Notes under the pieces: generated by a model | What the model was told of the DNA's origin: nothing | The model's database searches: none | Seen by the model: only the letters and a program-made list of their open reading frames with translations | Translations under genes and position numbers: made by a program | Shown here: one piece after another, positions 1 through 8,090 of the stretch | Numbering within the stretch: the stretch's first letter is position 1 | Layout: every line of letters begins with the position of its first letter | Virus record (IMG/VR): IMGVR_UViG_3300048847_000022 | Span: 1 to 37,746 of that record | DNA: 37,746 bases | Strand: one strand, 5' to 3' | From: a virus | Taxonomy: Duplodnaviria > Caudoviricetes

Positions 1-432
1 ATGACCATCCCCTGCACCCGCGTGGAGGTCGACGGCTTCGAGGAGACCGTCGTGCCCCTCGGCATCCACCAGGTCCACGCACTTCTCGGCGAGCCGCGAT
101 GGGTCCCCGTCCTGCAGTTCGACGTGGACGACCCGGAGGACGAGGACAACGGCGCCCGCGTCTCCCTCGGCTGGCTGCCGCTCGACCGCCCGTGCATGCT
201 CAGTGAGTGGGTCGGCCGCCCGAGCGAACGAGAGGCACTGGCCCTCGCGATCGGCCGGGCGATCGAGGACCCCGACGTCGCCGACTTCTACCCGCGGCCC
301 ACCAGCCCCCCGAGCGACGGCCCCGCTGCGTTCTGGGTCGGCTCGGAGATGGACGAGGACGGCCGCCACACGACGCTTCATGTGGTCGACGCCGACGGCC
401 AGCACACCACCCGACCGATCGACAGCCCGTGA
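1..432 (+). CDS. Hypothetical phage protein (143 aa)
   Basis: GC3-rich codon usage; its stop overlaps the next start (GTGA at 429-432). Confidence 0.7.
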   Translation: MTIPCTRVEVDGFEETVVPLGIHQVHALLGEPRWVPVLQFDVDDPEDEDNGARVSLGWLPLDRPCMLSEWVGRPSEREALALAIGRAIEDPDVADFYPRPTSPPSDGPAAFWVGSEMDEDGRHTTLHVVDADGQHTTRPIDSP

Positions 433-650
433 CGCGCTCCGGCGACCAGGTCCTCTTCGAGGCCATCATCCGCAGCCTGCCCGCCCGCCGCCGGCTCGAC
501 GAGCAGCTGACGGCGTGGAACGAGTGGGCCCAGAGCGTCCGCCGCGTCGGCGAGTCCCTCGGAGCCGCCATGCGCAACGCCATCGAGGCGATCCGCCCCC
601 TCGCCCAGGCCATCGTCACGCTCGACCAGGATGCCCAGGAGCGCCCGTGA
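429..650 (+). CDS. Hypothetical helical protein (73 aa, GTG start)
   Basis: GTGA overlaps at both ends (429-432, 647-650); reads VTRSGDQVLFEAIIRSL... Confidence 0.65.
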   Translation: MTRSGDQVLFEAIIRSLPARRRLDEQLTAWNEWAQSVRRVGESLGAAMRNAIEAIRPLAQAIVTLDQDAQERP

Positions 651-1198
651 GCTCGGGGCTTATCGACGCGCTGAACCAGTACGGCCTCGAGCCAACCGTC
701 ACCGTGGACGGTCGGCTGGTAGTCCACACGTCCCGACTCGGGCAGGCGGTCATCGAGCGGAGAGAGGACGTCCAGTGGCTTGCGATCGACCTAGGCCTTG
801 CCGGGCGCACCCCGAACCGCACGGGCGCCCGACCCGCCAAGGGCGGCTACCTCCCCGCGGAGCCCGTTCGCGTGTGGATGAACGGCAACGCCTGGCACGA
901 GCACTTCCCCCAGCGCTCCGGCGACTTGGAGGCCCGGACGGTGGCTCGCGCCCTGCGTCGCATCGCCACCTTGAAGCAGCGGACCGTCTCGGTGCTTTGG
1001 GCCGAGGACTTCGTGAGCCGCGCCGGCCTGCAGCTCTGGGACCTCTGGCCCGACATGCCGACGGCGCTCGACGAGGGGAAGCAGATCCGGTTCCGGAACC
1101 AGGCACGTGGCGCTCGAGCCGCGGCGAAGCGCGCACGGCCGGCACTGCCCCCGCCTAGCAAGGAGCGGGCGGCTCAGGGTCAGCGAGCACCTGCTTGA
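647..1198 (+). CDS. Hypothetical protein with a C-terminal XRE-like HTH; candidate late regulator
   Basis: GTG start coupled to the upstream stop. The segment LPAEPVRVWM...RTVSVLWAEDFVSRAGLQLWDLWPD resembles 32136..32438. Confidence 0.65.
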   Translation: MSSGLIDALNQYGLEPTVTVDGRLVVHTSRLGQAVIERREDVQWLAIDLGLAGRTPNRTGARPAKGGYLPAEPVRVWMNGNAWHEHFPQRSGDLEARTVARALRRIATLKQRTVSVLWAEDFVSRAGLQLWDLWPDMPTALDEGKQIRFRNQARGARAAAKRARPALPPPSKERAAQGQRAPA

Positions 1199-1547
1199 TG
1201 GCGCCTCGGCGGAGCGCGACGCGCTGACCGTCCACGACGGAGAACGTGCAGATGCGCCCCTCACCGCCGGCCGCATCCGCCCCGAGCTCACGGACTACCT
1301 CCTCGAACGTCCCCTCCACCAGAAGGGTGCTTCCGTCCTCAAGGAGCAGCGTCGCCTCGGTGACTACTGGCACCCGACGGTCCGGCGCTACCGCCCTCAC
1401 CCGTTCGGCGTCGATCCCTTTGACGGCCTCCCACACGCACGTCGAACAGATAGCCAACTGCCCCGGGCCCTTCACCATGCTCTCCACCTCGGCGGCCTTG
1501 CTGCCGCAGAACGTGCAGGTCCGAGGAGTCTCCGCGCGCCTGGCCAT
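1155..1547 (-). CDS. ClpX C4-type zinc-finger protein with a DUF3107-like C-terminal domain
   Basis: CTFCGSKAAEVESMVKGPGQLAICSTCV matches the ClpX N-terminal zinc-binding pattern CxxC-x(18-19)-ICxxC; there is no AAA+ domain. Confidence 0.8.
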   Translation of the reverse strand: MARRAETPRTCTFCGSKAAEVESMVKGPGQLAICSTCVWEAVKGIDAERVRAVAPDRRVPVVTEATLLLEDGSTLLVEGTFEEVVRELGADAAGGEGRICTFSVVDGQRVALRRGAIKQVLADPEPPAPC

Positions 1548-1621
1548 GGCTGCACGGTCGCACGTTGCCAGGCCGGCCGCGTCCCCACCAGGTCAGCCGG
1601 TACCGCGGGTAGGGTGCGCAC

Positions 1622-1831
1622 ATGCTCACCCGCATCTTCCTGAAAAGCAACCGCAACTCCGACGACGTCGACCACGTCACGGAACCCATCGACGAGCTCG
1701 CCAACCTCATCAACGAGGCCGGATCGGACGAATTCCTCGTGCTCACGCACGAGGACGGGAAGCGGGTGTCTGTGAAGGCAGGGCAGATCACGTGGTTCGC
1801 TGAGGTCGAGACCCGCACGTCACAGCTGTAG
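1622..1831 (+). CDS. Small DUF3107-like protein (69 aa), leaderless
   Basis: TAGGGT-N6-ATG promoter. The pattern EPIDELANLINEA...FLVLTHEDGKRVSVKAGQITWF resembles DUF3107 (recognised by eye). Confidence 0.7.
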   Translation: MLTRIFLKSNRNSDDVDHVTEPIDELANLINEAGSDEFLVLTHEDGKRVSVKAGQITWFAEVETRTSQL

Positions 1832-1850
1832 CGACGCCTCCAAGCCCCGG

Positions 1851-1894
1851 TCGGACCACGGCGTTTGACTTCCGACCGTGGTCCGAGCCATACT
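1851..1894 (+). promoter_or_regulatory. Putative late promoter TTGACT-N18-CATACT with an inverted-repeat operator around the -35
   Basis: TTGACT at 1865-1870 and CATACT at 1889-1894; 11-bp inverted repeat TCGGACCACGG (1851-1861)/CCGTGGTCCGA (1876-1886). Confidence 0.6.
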
Positions 1895-1898
1895 TTGA

Positions 1899-2159
1899 GG
1901 CCGGGACCTCTGCGGCCTTTTCCGGCCCAGACCACCCGAACGGGGCGCCTCACAGGCGCCCTTCTGCGTTCCCCAGCGAACGCACACCCCCGGTCGCTCG
2001 TGCCTCTCGCACCGACGCCGCGCTAGCCCGCGGCCCTCACGCTGCCCCACCAGCCGAGGACGTCGGCGGGCACGAGCACCGCAGCCGCATCGTCCGGCCT
2101 GCCACCCGGACTCGACCCCATCCGACGGCCGGCGAGAGCCAGGCCGGACGATGCGCTGC
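1899..2159 (+). ncRNA. Putative structured leader RNA (five consecutive stem-loops)
   Basis: Stems 1899-1906/1920-1927, 1943-1950/1954-1961, 1965-1971/1978-1984, 1996-2004/2069-2077 (inner stem 2012-2017/2061-2066) and 2086-2101/2140-2155; no convincing ORF. Confidence 0.5.
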
Positions 2160-2165
2160 CCACCC

Positions 2166-2519
2166 ATGCCCAGAGCACCCACCACCTGCGCACGCCCAGG
2201 CTGCCCCCGCGACGCCACGTCCAAGGGCTACTGCGCCCAGCACCAGCGCAAAGCATGGGCCAACCGCAGCCCCAGCAGCCACGCCCTCAACGCCCCAGGC
2301 GCCAAGGCGCAGCACCGCGGCCAGCGCATCCGCGCAGCCCGACGAGCACAGGGTGCATGCGAGCACTGCGGCCACAAGCCCACTGCCGACGAGCCACCGC
2401 TGCAGCTGCACCACCCCGAGCCCATCAGCCAAGGCGGCGACGTCGTGCAGGCCGAGGCACGGCTGCTCTGCGACGACTGCCATCGCCGCGCCGACCGCAA
2501 GGCCGGGGCGAGGCACTGA
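2166..2519 (+). CDS. HNH endonuclease (terminase-associated, HK97 gp74-like)
   Basis: MPRAPTTCARPGC...YCAQH N-terminus, CEHC, LHHPEPISQGG and LCDDCH motifs; lies directly upstream of the terminase genes. Confidence 0.85.
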   Translation: MPRAPTTCARPGCPRDATSKGYCAQHQRKAWANRSPSSHALNAPGAKAQHRGQRIRAARRAQGACEHCGHKPTADEPPLQLHHPEPISQGGDVVQAEARLLCDDCHRRADRKAGARH

Positions 2520-2579
2520 CCGCTCGTGTGACGGTCCCGCACACATTGTGTGGCGTGCTAACGCTAGCCACTAGCGATC

Positions 2580-2660
2580 GGCCCTGGGGGGGGACCCCCT
2601 TCGGATCGGGGGACAGGAACCGCCCGGGGTACCGCCTCGCGATGTGTACGCATCGAAAGG
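2580..2660. other. Probable cos/packaging region
   Basis: Non-coding gap between HNH and small terminase containing GGGGGGGGACCCCC ... CGCCCGGGGTACC ... TGTGTACG. Position is typical of cos in HNH-terminase phages; the cut site is not determinable. Confidence 0.45.
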
Positions 2661-2793
2661 GTCCAATAGTGAGCGTCTTCGCGCGCCGCTAGTACCCCTC
2701 ATCTTCGGCCGTGATCGAGCGCCTGGCGCGCCGTGACCGGCTTCCACTTGCTGGCCTGGCGCCAGCATCTCGCCGCCGGCCCAGGAGGTCGAC

Positions 2794-3264
2794 ATGGCTC
2801 CCCCACCGAAGCCCGAAGGCAAGCGGCAGCGCCGCAACCTCGGGCAGAAGACGTGGACGACCCTCGAGCGTGGTTCCGTCTCGGCTCCGCCGATGCCGGG
2901 CGCCACGACGATCGAGGACCCGAAGATGCGCCGCACCGCCTCCGCGTACTGGAAGGCGTTGTGGTCCGACCTCGGGCAGATCTACACCGACGCTGACCGA
3001 TTCGCTCTAGCCCGCATCTGCATCCTCCACGCCCAGGCGATGCACGGCCGTCTTGGCGCGCAGCTCCAGACGGAGCTGCGGCAGCTCGAGCAGTCGTTCG
3101 GAGGCAGCCCCATCGGCCGCATGCGGCTCATGGTGCAGGTCCGTGACCCTGACGAGGTCGAGGACGGCGCGCAGGGCCCGACCGTCGCTGACCTAGGCGC
3201 CGTGCGCGAGCGCAAGGCGCGCCTCAAGGCGCAGCGCGGGCCCATCGAGGGGCCGTCCGAGTGA
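2794..3264 (+). CDS. terS: Terminase small subunit
   Basis: AGGAGG SD; PPPKP...RQRRN N-terminus, YWKALWS and ELRQLEQSFGGSPIGRMRL motifs typical of actinophage TerS; adjacent to TerL. Confidence 0.85.
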   Translation: MAPPPKPEGKRQRRNLGQKTWTTLERGSVSAPPMPGATTIEDPKMRRTASAYWKALWSDLGQIYTDADRFALARICILHAQAMHGRLGAQLQTELRQLEQSFGGSPIGRMRLMVQVRDPDEVEDGAQGPTVADLGAVRERKARLKAQRGPIEGPSE

Positions 3265-5006
3265 TGGACCTGGGCCCGGTCGACTTCCCGACGCTGGGTC
3301 ACCAGTGCGCGACGTGGATCGAGACGTTCCTCCGGCACGGGCCGGGCGACATCTCCGGCGAGGCGATCGAGCTCGACGACGAGTTCTACGCCTTCATCTG
3401 CCACTGCTACCGCGTCTTCCCACAGGACGTCATCCCGACGGGCGACGAGCCGGTCGTGGAGGACGAGGACGAAGACGAAGACGACCGGCTGATGACCGCC
3501 GCGCGGGCGGCTGGCCGGCGGACCTACCGGCGCGCGATCCTGTCGCGCCCGAAGGGCCGTGCGAAGTCCGAGCTCGCCGGGATGCTCGTGTGCGTCGAGG
3601 CCCTGGGCCCTGCCCGCTTCGACCACTGGGCCGTCGCGGGCGAGACGTCCTGGTGGGGCTACGAGTACGACGAGGGCGAGCCCGTCGGCGTCCCCGTGCA
3701 GGACCCCTTCATCCGCTGTCTCGCCACCGAGGCCAGCCAGTCGGCGAACACCTACGAGAACGTCCGCGTGATGCTCTCGGGGCAGGAGGTCGACGATGCC
3801 TACCCCGGCATCGACGTCGGCCTCACCCGCATCTTCCTCCCCAACGACGGTGGCGAGATCCGCCCGTCGACCGCCTCCGGAGCCTCGAAGGACGGCGGTA
3901 AGGAGACGTTCGCCGTCTCCGACGAGACGCACCTCTACGAGCTCAAGGAGCTGCGGGACATGCACAAGGTCGTGCGCCGTAACCTCCGCAAGCGCAAGGA
4001 GGCCGAGCCGTGGATGCTCGAGACCACGACGGCCTACCGGCCGGGCATGGACTCGATCGCCGAGCGCGCCGCGACCCTCTCGCAGGAGCTCGCGTCGCTC
4101 GAGGCCCACATCGACCGCGGCCTGCTCTACGACCATCGGGAGGCGCCGGCCGTCGAGAACGTCCGGAACCCGAAGGAGACCATCCCCGCCCTGCGCAAGG
4201 TCTACGGGCCCGCCGCGGCGTGGATGGACCTCGCGTCGATCGCCCAGGAGATGGCGGACCCGACGGAGGAGGAGGAGGACCAGCGTCGCTACTGGCTCAA
4301 CCAGGTCACGCGCGGCGCGAACGCCTGGCTGTCCTCGGGCGACCTCTCGCGGATGTTCGACGAGGAGGTCGGCCTCGTGCCGGGCGAACCCCTCTGCCTC
4401 GGCTTCGACGGCTCGCGGTACCACGACGCCACGGCGCTCATCGCCTGCACGCACGACTGGCGCTGGGTGCCGCTCGGCATCTGGGAGAACGACGGGTCCC
4501 CCGACTGGGAGGTCCCCGAGGACGAGGTCGACGCCGCCGTCGAGTTCGCCCACTCCGAGTTCCGGGTCCTCCGCGCCCTCGCCGATCCGCCCTACTGGGA
4601 GACGGAGATCGCACGGTGGGCCGGCAAGTGGCCGCGGGCGTGGAAGCGGTTCCCGACGCAGGCACAGGGACGCATGTCGGGCGCCGTCGCCGCGACGACC
4701 TCGTCGATCCGCGCCGGCCGCGTGAAGGCGCAGGCCGGCGGGGTGTTCTCCGACGCGTTCCGCGACCAGCTCGCGAACGCCCAGAAGCAGCACATGATCG
4801 GCCCGTCGGCGGTCTCCGCGCAGAAGGCCGGTAACGCGACGCCCTTCGTCCTGACGAAGGACCAGAAGGGCTCCCCGCGCAAGATCGACGCCGCTCCGGC
4901 CGCCGTCCTCGCCCACGAGGCCGCCCGCGACGCGCACACCGAAGGGCTCTGGCGAAAGGCCATGCGCCCGAAGAAGAAGCGGCGCATGGTCGCGCTCTCC
5001 GACTGA
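3264..5006 (+). CDS. terL: Terminase large subunit
   Basis: Walker A-like SRPKGRAKSE, Walker B FAVSDETH, nuclease motifs CLGFDGSRYHDATAL and RKIDAAPAAVLA. Confidence 0.95.
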   Translation: MDLGPVDFPTLGHQCATWIETFLRHGPGDISGEAIELDDEFYAFICHCYRVFPQDVIPTGDEPVVEDEDEDEDDRLMTAARAAGRRTYRRAILSRPKGRAKSELAGMLVCVEALGPARFDHWAVAGETSWWGYEYDEGEPVGVPVQDPFIRCLATEASQSANTYENVRVMLSGQEVDDAYPGIDVGLTRIFLPNDGGEIRPSTASGASKDGGKETFAVSDETHLYELKELRDMHKVVRRNLRKRKEAEPWMLETTTAYRPGMDSIAERAATLSQELASLEAHIDRGLLYDHREAPAVENVRNPKETIPALRKVYGPAAAWMDLASIAQEMADPTEEEEDQRRYWLNQVTRGANAWLSSGDLSRMFDEEVGLVPGEPLCLGFDGSRYHDATALIACTHDWRWVPLGIWENDGSPDWEVPEDEVDAAVEFAHSEFRVLRALADPPYWETEIARWAGKWPRAWKRFPTQAQGRMSGAVAATTSSIRAGRVKAQAGGVFSDAFRDQLANAQKQHMIGPSAVSAQKAGNATPFVLTKDQKGSPRKIDAAPAAVLAHEAARDAHTEGLWRKAMRPKKKRRMVALSD

Positions 5007-6466
5007 TGTCCTCCATCGACACAACCACCGAGCCGGGTACCTCCCTGGCTCTCCGTTACACGGACGACCAGGAGCTCGACGCCCTGTCGCTCGTGGAGGA
5101 GCTGTCGGTGCGGCTCGAGGAGCGCACCGAGGCGATCGAGGAGTGCCGCGACTACTACGACGGCCGGCACCGGATCGGGTTCGCCACGAAGAAGTGGCGC
5201 GAGACGTTCGGCCGCGAGTTCGGCGAGGTCATCAACAACTGGTGCAAGAAGGCGGTGAACACCCGCACGCAGCGGATGAACGTCCTCGGCTTCCGGTTCG
5301 GTGTCGACCAGGACGACCAGCCTGCAGGCGCCGACGAGAAGGCGTGGGAGTTCTGGCGTCGGAACCAGCTGCACCTCCGTTCGAAGATCGTGCACCGCGA
5401 CGCGGTGTCCACGGGCTACAGCGCGGTCATGGTCTGGCCGAGCGAGACCGACACCTCGTTCCCGATCATCACCGTCGAGGACCCGCTGCAGACGACGGTC
5501 CTCACGGACCCGCAGAACATGCAGGAGCGGATCGCCGGCCTCAAGCGGTGGCGGGACCTCGACGGCCTCTGGAACGCCTACCTGTTCACGCCCGACGAGG
5601 TGTGGACGCTCGAGGGCGGCAAGGGGAGCGAGCCGAAGGACTGGAAGGTCGTCGACTACGCCGGCAATCCGATCGGCCGCGTGCCGATCGTGGAGTTCGT
5701 CAACGACCCCGACGTGTACGGCGAGGGGACGAGCGTCCTCACGGACCTCATCCCGCTCAACGACATGGTCAACAAGACGCTCGCGGACGCGATGATCGCG
5801 TCCGAGTTCGCCGCCTTCCCGCAGCGCGTCCTGATCGGCGTCGAGGTGCCCACCGACGACGAGGGCAACCCCGACCACTCGATGGTCGGCGGCATCAACC
5901 GCTGGCTCGCGTTCGAGGGCGAGACCGACGAGGACGGCAAGACGCTCGGCACCCCGTCGATCCAGGAGCTCGAGGCCGCGAACCTCGAGAACTACACGAA
6001 GATGATCGACCAGCTCATCACCCACATGGGTGCGCTGGCATGCATCCCTCCGCAGCAGCTCCTGGGTGGCCTCAAGAACGTCGGCGGCGACGCCATGACC
6101 GCCGCCGAGTCCGGCCAGGTGTCGGCCGTCAAGGACGCCATCGCGTGGTTCGGGGCGTCCTGGGAGGAGGTCCAGCGGCTGGCCTTCGCCATCTACGGCG
6201 ACACCGAGCGCGCCTCGTCGTGGATGGCGGAGACCATCTGGGACAACCCTGAGATCACCTCCGACGCCGAGCTCGCCGACGCCGCCACGAAGCGGAAGTC
6301 GATCGGCGTGCCGGACGAGGCGCTCTGGGAGTACATCGGAGCGACGCCCGCGCAGATCCGGACGTGGCGGAAGCAGCGGCAGGAGCAGGCGCTCCTCGAC
6401 GGCATGGCGTTCGGCGGCTCGGCCCCGGACGACGGCGTCGCGCCTGAGCTCACCGGCATCGCCTGA
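5006..6466 (+). CDS. Portal protein (SPP1 gp6-like, actinophage type)
   Basis: DYYDGRH, NNWCKKAV, NPIGRVPIVEFVN, SEFAAFPQR, ETIWDNPE and DAATK motifs; follows TerL. Confidence 0.92.
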   Translation: MSSIDTTTEPGTSLALRYTDDQELDALSLVEELSVRLEERTEAIEECRDYYDGRHRIGFATKKWRETFGREFGEVINNWCKKAVNTRTQRMNVLGFRFGVDQDDQPAGADEKAWEFWRRNQLHLRSKIVHRDAVSTGYSAVMVWPSETDTSFPIITVEDPLQTTVLTDPQNMQERIAGLKRWRDLDGLWNAYLFTPDEVWTLEGGKGSEPKDWKVVDYAGNPIGRVPIVEFVNDPDVYGEGTSVLTDLIPLNDMVNKTLADAMIASEFAAFPQRVLIGVEVPTDDEGNPDHSMVGGINRWLAFEGETDEDGKTLGTPSIQELEAANLENYTKMIDQLITHMGALACIPPQQLLGGLKNVGGDAMTAAESGQVSAVKDAIAWFGASWEEVQRLAFAIYGDTERASSWMAETIWDNPEITSDAELADAATKRKSIGVPDEALWEYIGATPAQIRTWRKQRQEQALLDGMAFGGSAPDDGVAPELTGIA

Positions 6467-7452
6467 TGGCCGTTCCCCGTCGCCTTGCCGACGCCCAGGA
6501 CCAGCTCGACAAGCTCGCGTCGGCCGTCCGCGCCGGCACCGCGCAGCAGGTCGCACGGGCGCCCGACACGCGCGCCCAGGTGCTCGCCGGGGTGCTCTGG
6601 AACGGCGCAGGGGGCGGGTCAGTCGGCCGTGCCCGCACGGCCGGTGCGGGGCTCGTCGACTTCCTCGTCGGCGGTCGTGGTCCGGCCCTGCAGCCGCAGG
6701 CCGACGCCGAGCAGCAGCAGCTCGAGCAGCGGGTGGAGGACCTCCGGGCCCAGGGGCTCGCGGTCAAGAAGATCGCCGGCCGCTGGATGCGCCCGAGCTT
6801 CTCCGCGAAGCAGCAGTGGACCCCCGTCCTCGGAACGCGCGAGCTCGTCCAGCAGCGCCTCTACCGGGCCGAGCTCGCCGCCCGGCAGGCCACGAACCGC
6901 TACGCCCAGCGCATCGGCGTCCCGCCGCGGCAGATCGACCGCACGGGCACCGTCGAGTGGGGAGAGCCCCGCCTCGAGCGGTTCTGGGCCGCCCAGACCG
7001 CGACGGCCGCGGGTCGCATCGCGCACGACGCGACGGTCGACAGTTGGCGCGACGGGGCGTTCGAGCGCATGGCCCAGCGCCGCGAAGTCCGCGGCTGGCG
7101 TCGCCTCGCGGAGCCGACGGCCTGCGGGGCGTGTCTAGCCCTGGCCGACGGCAAGCTGCACCCGGTCATGGAGACGCGGTTCTACCGGCACAACCACTGC
7201 CAGTGCATCCCCGTCGCCGTCACCGCGACGTCGCCACGGGTGCCGACCGGCCAGGAGATCTTCGACGCGAAGACGGTCGACGAGCAGAACGCCGTCTTCC
7301 GCGGGCACGGCGGCCGAGCGAAAGCCCAGGCGCTCCGCGACGGAACGATCGCGCTCGCAGACCTTGTGCGCATCGACGAGGACCGCATCGACAGGACGGA
7401 CTACGTCCTCGCCGAGGCGCCTCTCTCCGCGGTCCTCGCGACCGCGTCCTGA
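6466..7452 (+). CDS. MuF-like minor head / capsid maturation protein
   Basis: GWRRLAEPTACGACLALA...RHNHCQCIPV Cys/His motif; lies between portal and scaffold. Confidence 0.75.
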   Translation: MAVPRRLADAQDQLDKLASAVRAGTAQQVARAPDTRAQVLAGVLWNGAGGGSVGRARTAGAGLVDFLVGGRGPALQPQADAEQQQLEQRVEDLRAQGLAVKKIAGRWMRPSFSAKQQWTPVLGTRELVQQRLYRAELAARQATNRYAQRIGVPPRQIDRTGTVEWGEPRLERFWAAQTATAAGRIAHDATVDSWRDGAFERMAQRREVRGWRRLAEPTACGACLALADGKLHPVMETRFYRHNHCQCIPVAVTATSPRVPTGQEIFDAKTVDEQNAVFRGHGGRAKAQALRDGTIALADLVRIDEDRIDRTDYVLAEAPLSAVLATAS

Positions 7453-7460
7453 CTTTCCCC

Positions 7461-7557
7461 GGCCGCCAGGAGCGGCCACCCCTCATCACCCCTGTCCCAG
7501 GAGGACACACCATGGCCGAGACGGCCGACCCCACGCAGGACACGCCCCCGGAGGGCG
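7461..7557 (+). promoter_or_regulatory. Three CNGGA-pentaloop hairpins around the scaffold start
   Basis: GGCCGC-CAGGA-GCGGCC (7461-7477), TGTCC-CAGGA-GGACA (7493-7507, contains the SD) and CGCCC-CCGGA-GGGCG (7543-7557). Confidence 0.6.
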
Positions 7558-8036
7558 AGCAGGACACCGGCCGCGACGACGGCCCGAACGCCGGCGCGGG
7601 CGACGGTGACGGCGAGGACGAGGATCACGACGATCCCCGCGTCCGCCGCGCCAACCGAGAGGCCGCGAAGTACCGCGCCCGCGCGAAGGCTGCCGAGGAG
7701 AAGCTCCAGGCCGCCGCCGACAAGGAGAAGTCCGAGCAGCAGAAGCTGGCGGAGCGCGCGAAGGCCGCCGAGGACAAGGCGGCGAAGCTCGAGCACGAGG
7801 CGCACCAGCGGACCGCGGCCGAGAAGGCCGGGCTCCCGCAGAAGTACGCCAGTCGCCTTCGCGGTGACTCCGAGGACGAGCTCCTCGAAGACGCCAAGGA
7901 GATGGCCGATGACCTCGGCCACTCCGGCAAGGACGACCCGCCGGCCGTGCGCCGCGGGCCGCAGGGCCGCAAGGGCGGCTCCCGCGGAGCAAGCGACATG
8001 AACTCCCTCGTCCGACGAGCCGCCGGCCGTCGGTAA
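7512..8036 (+). CDS. Head scaffolding protein
   Basis: Acidic N-terminus, REAAKYR coiled coil, AGLPQKYASRLRGDSEDELLEDA and C-terminal DMNSLVRRAAG; SD AGGAGG. Confidence 0.88.
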   Translation: MAETADPTQDTPPEGEQDTGRDDGPNAGAGDGDGEDEDHDDPRVRRANREAAKYRARAKAAEEKLQAAADKEKSEQQKLAERAKAAEDKAAKLEHEAHQRTAAEKAGLPQKYASRLRGDSEDELLEDAKEMADDLGHSGKDDPPAVRRGPQGRKGGSRGASDMNSLVRRAAGRR

Positions 8037-8090
8037 CCCCTGGGGCCGGTCACGGCCCCACCCGTGACCCCTCAACCCAACACCTCACCT

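Noticed and set aside
2982-6556. Long minus-strand ORFs (680 and 654 aa), and similar ones at 14864-16948, 17993-20089, 26754-28667 and 34719-36215
   Set aside because: Antisense shadows of real high-GC3 genes, with no recognisable motifs.
6816-7511. Upstream extensions of ORF-track calls (406-aa scaffold; also 27474 endolysin, 32868 initiator, 34497 DnaB, 35309 Xis)
   Set aside because: The extensions overlap upstream genes. Downstream starts with an SD or stop/start coupling (7512, 27849, 33105, 34770, 36173) fit better.
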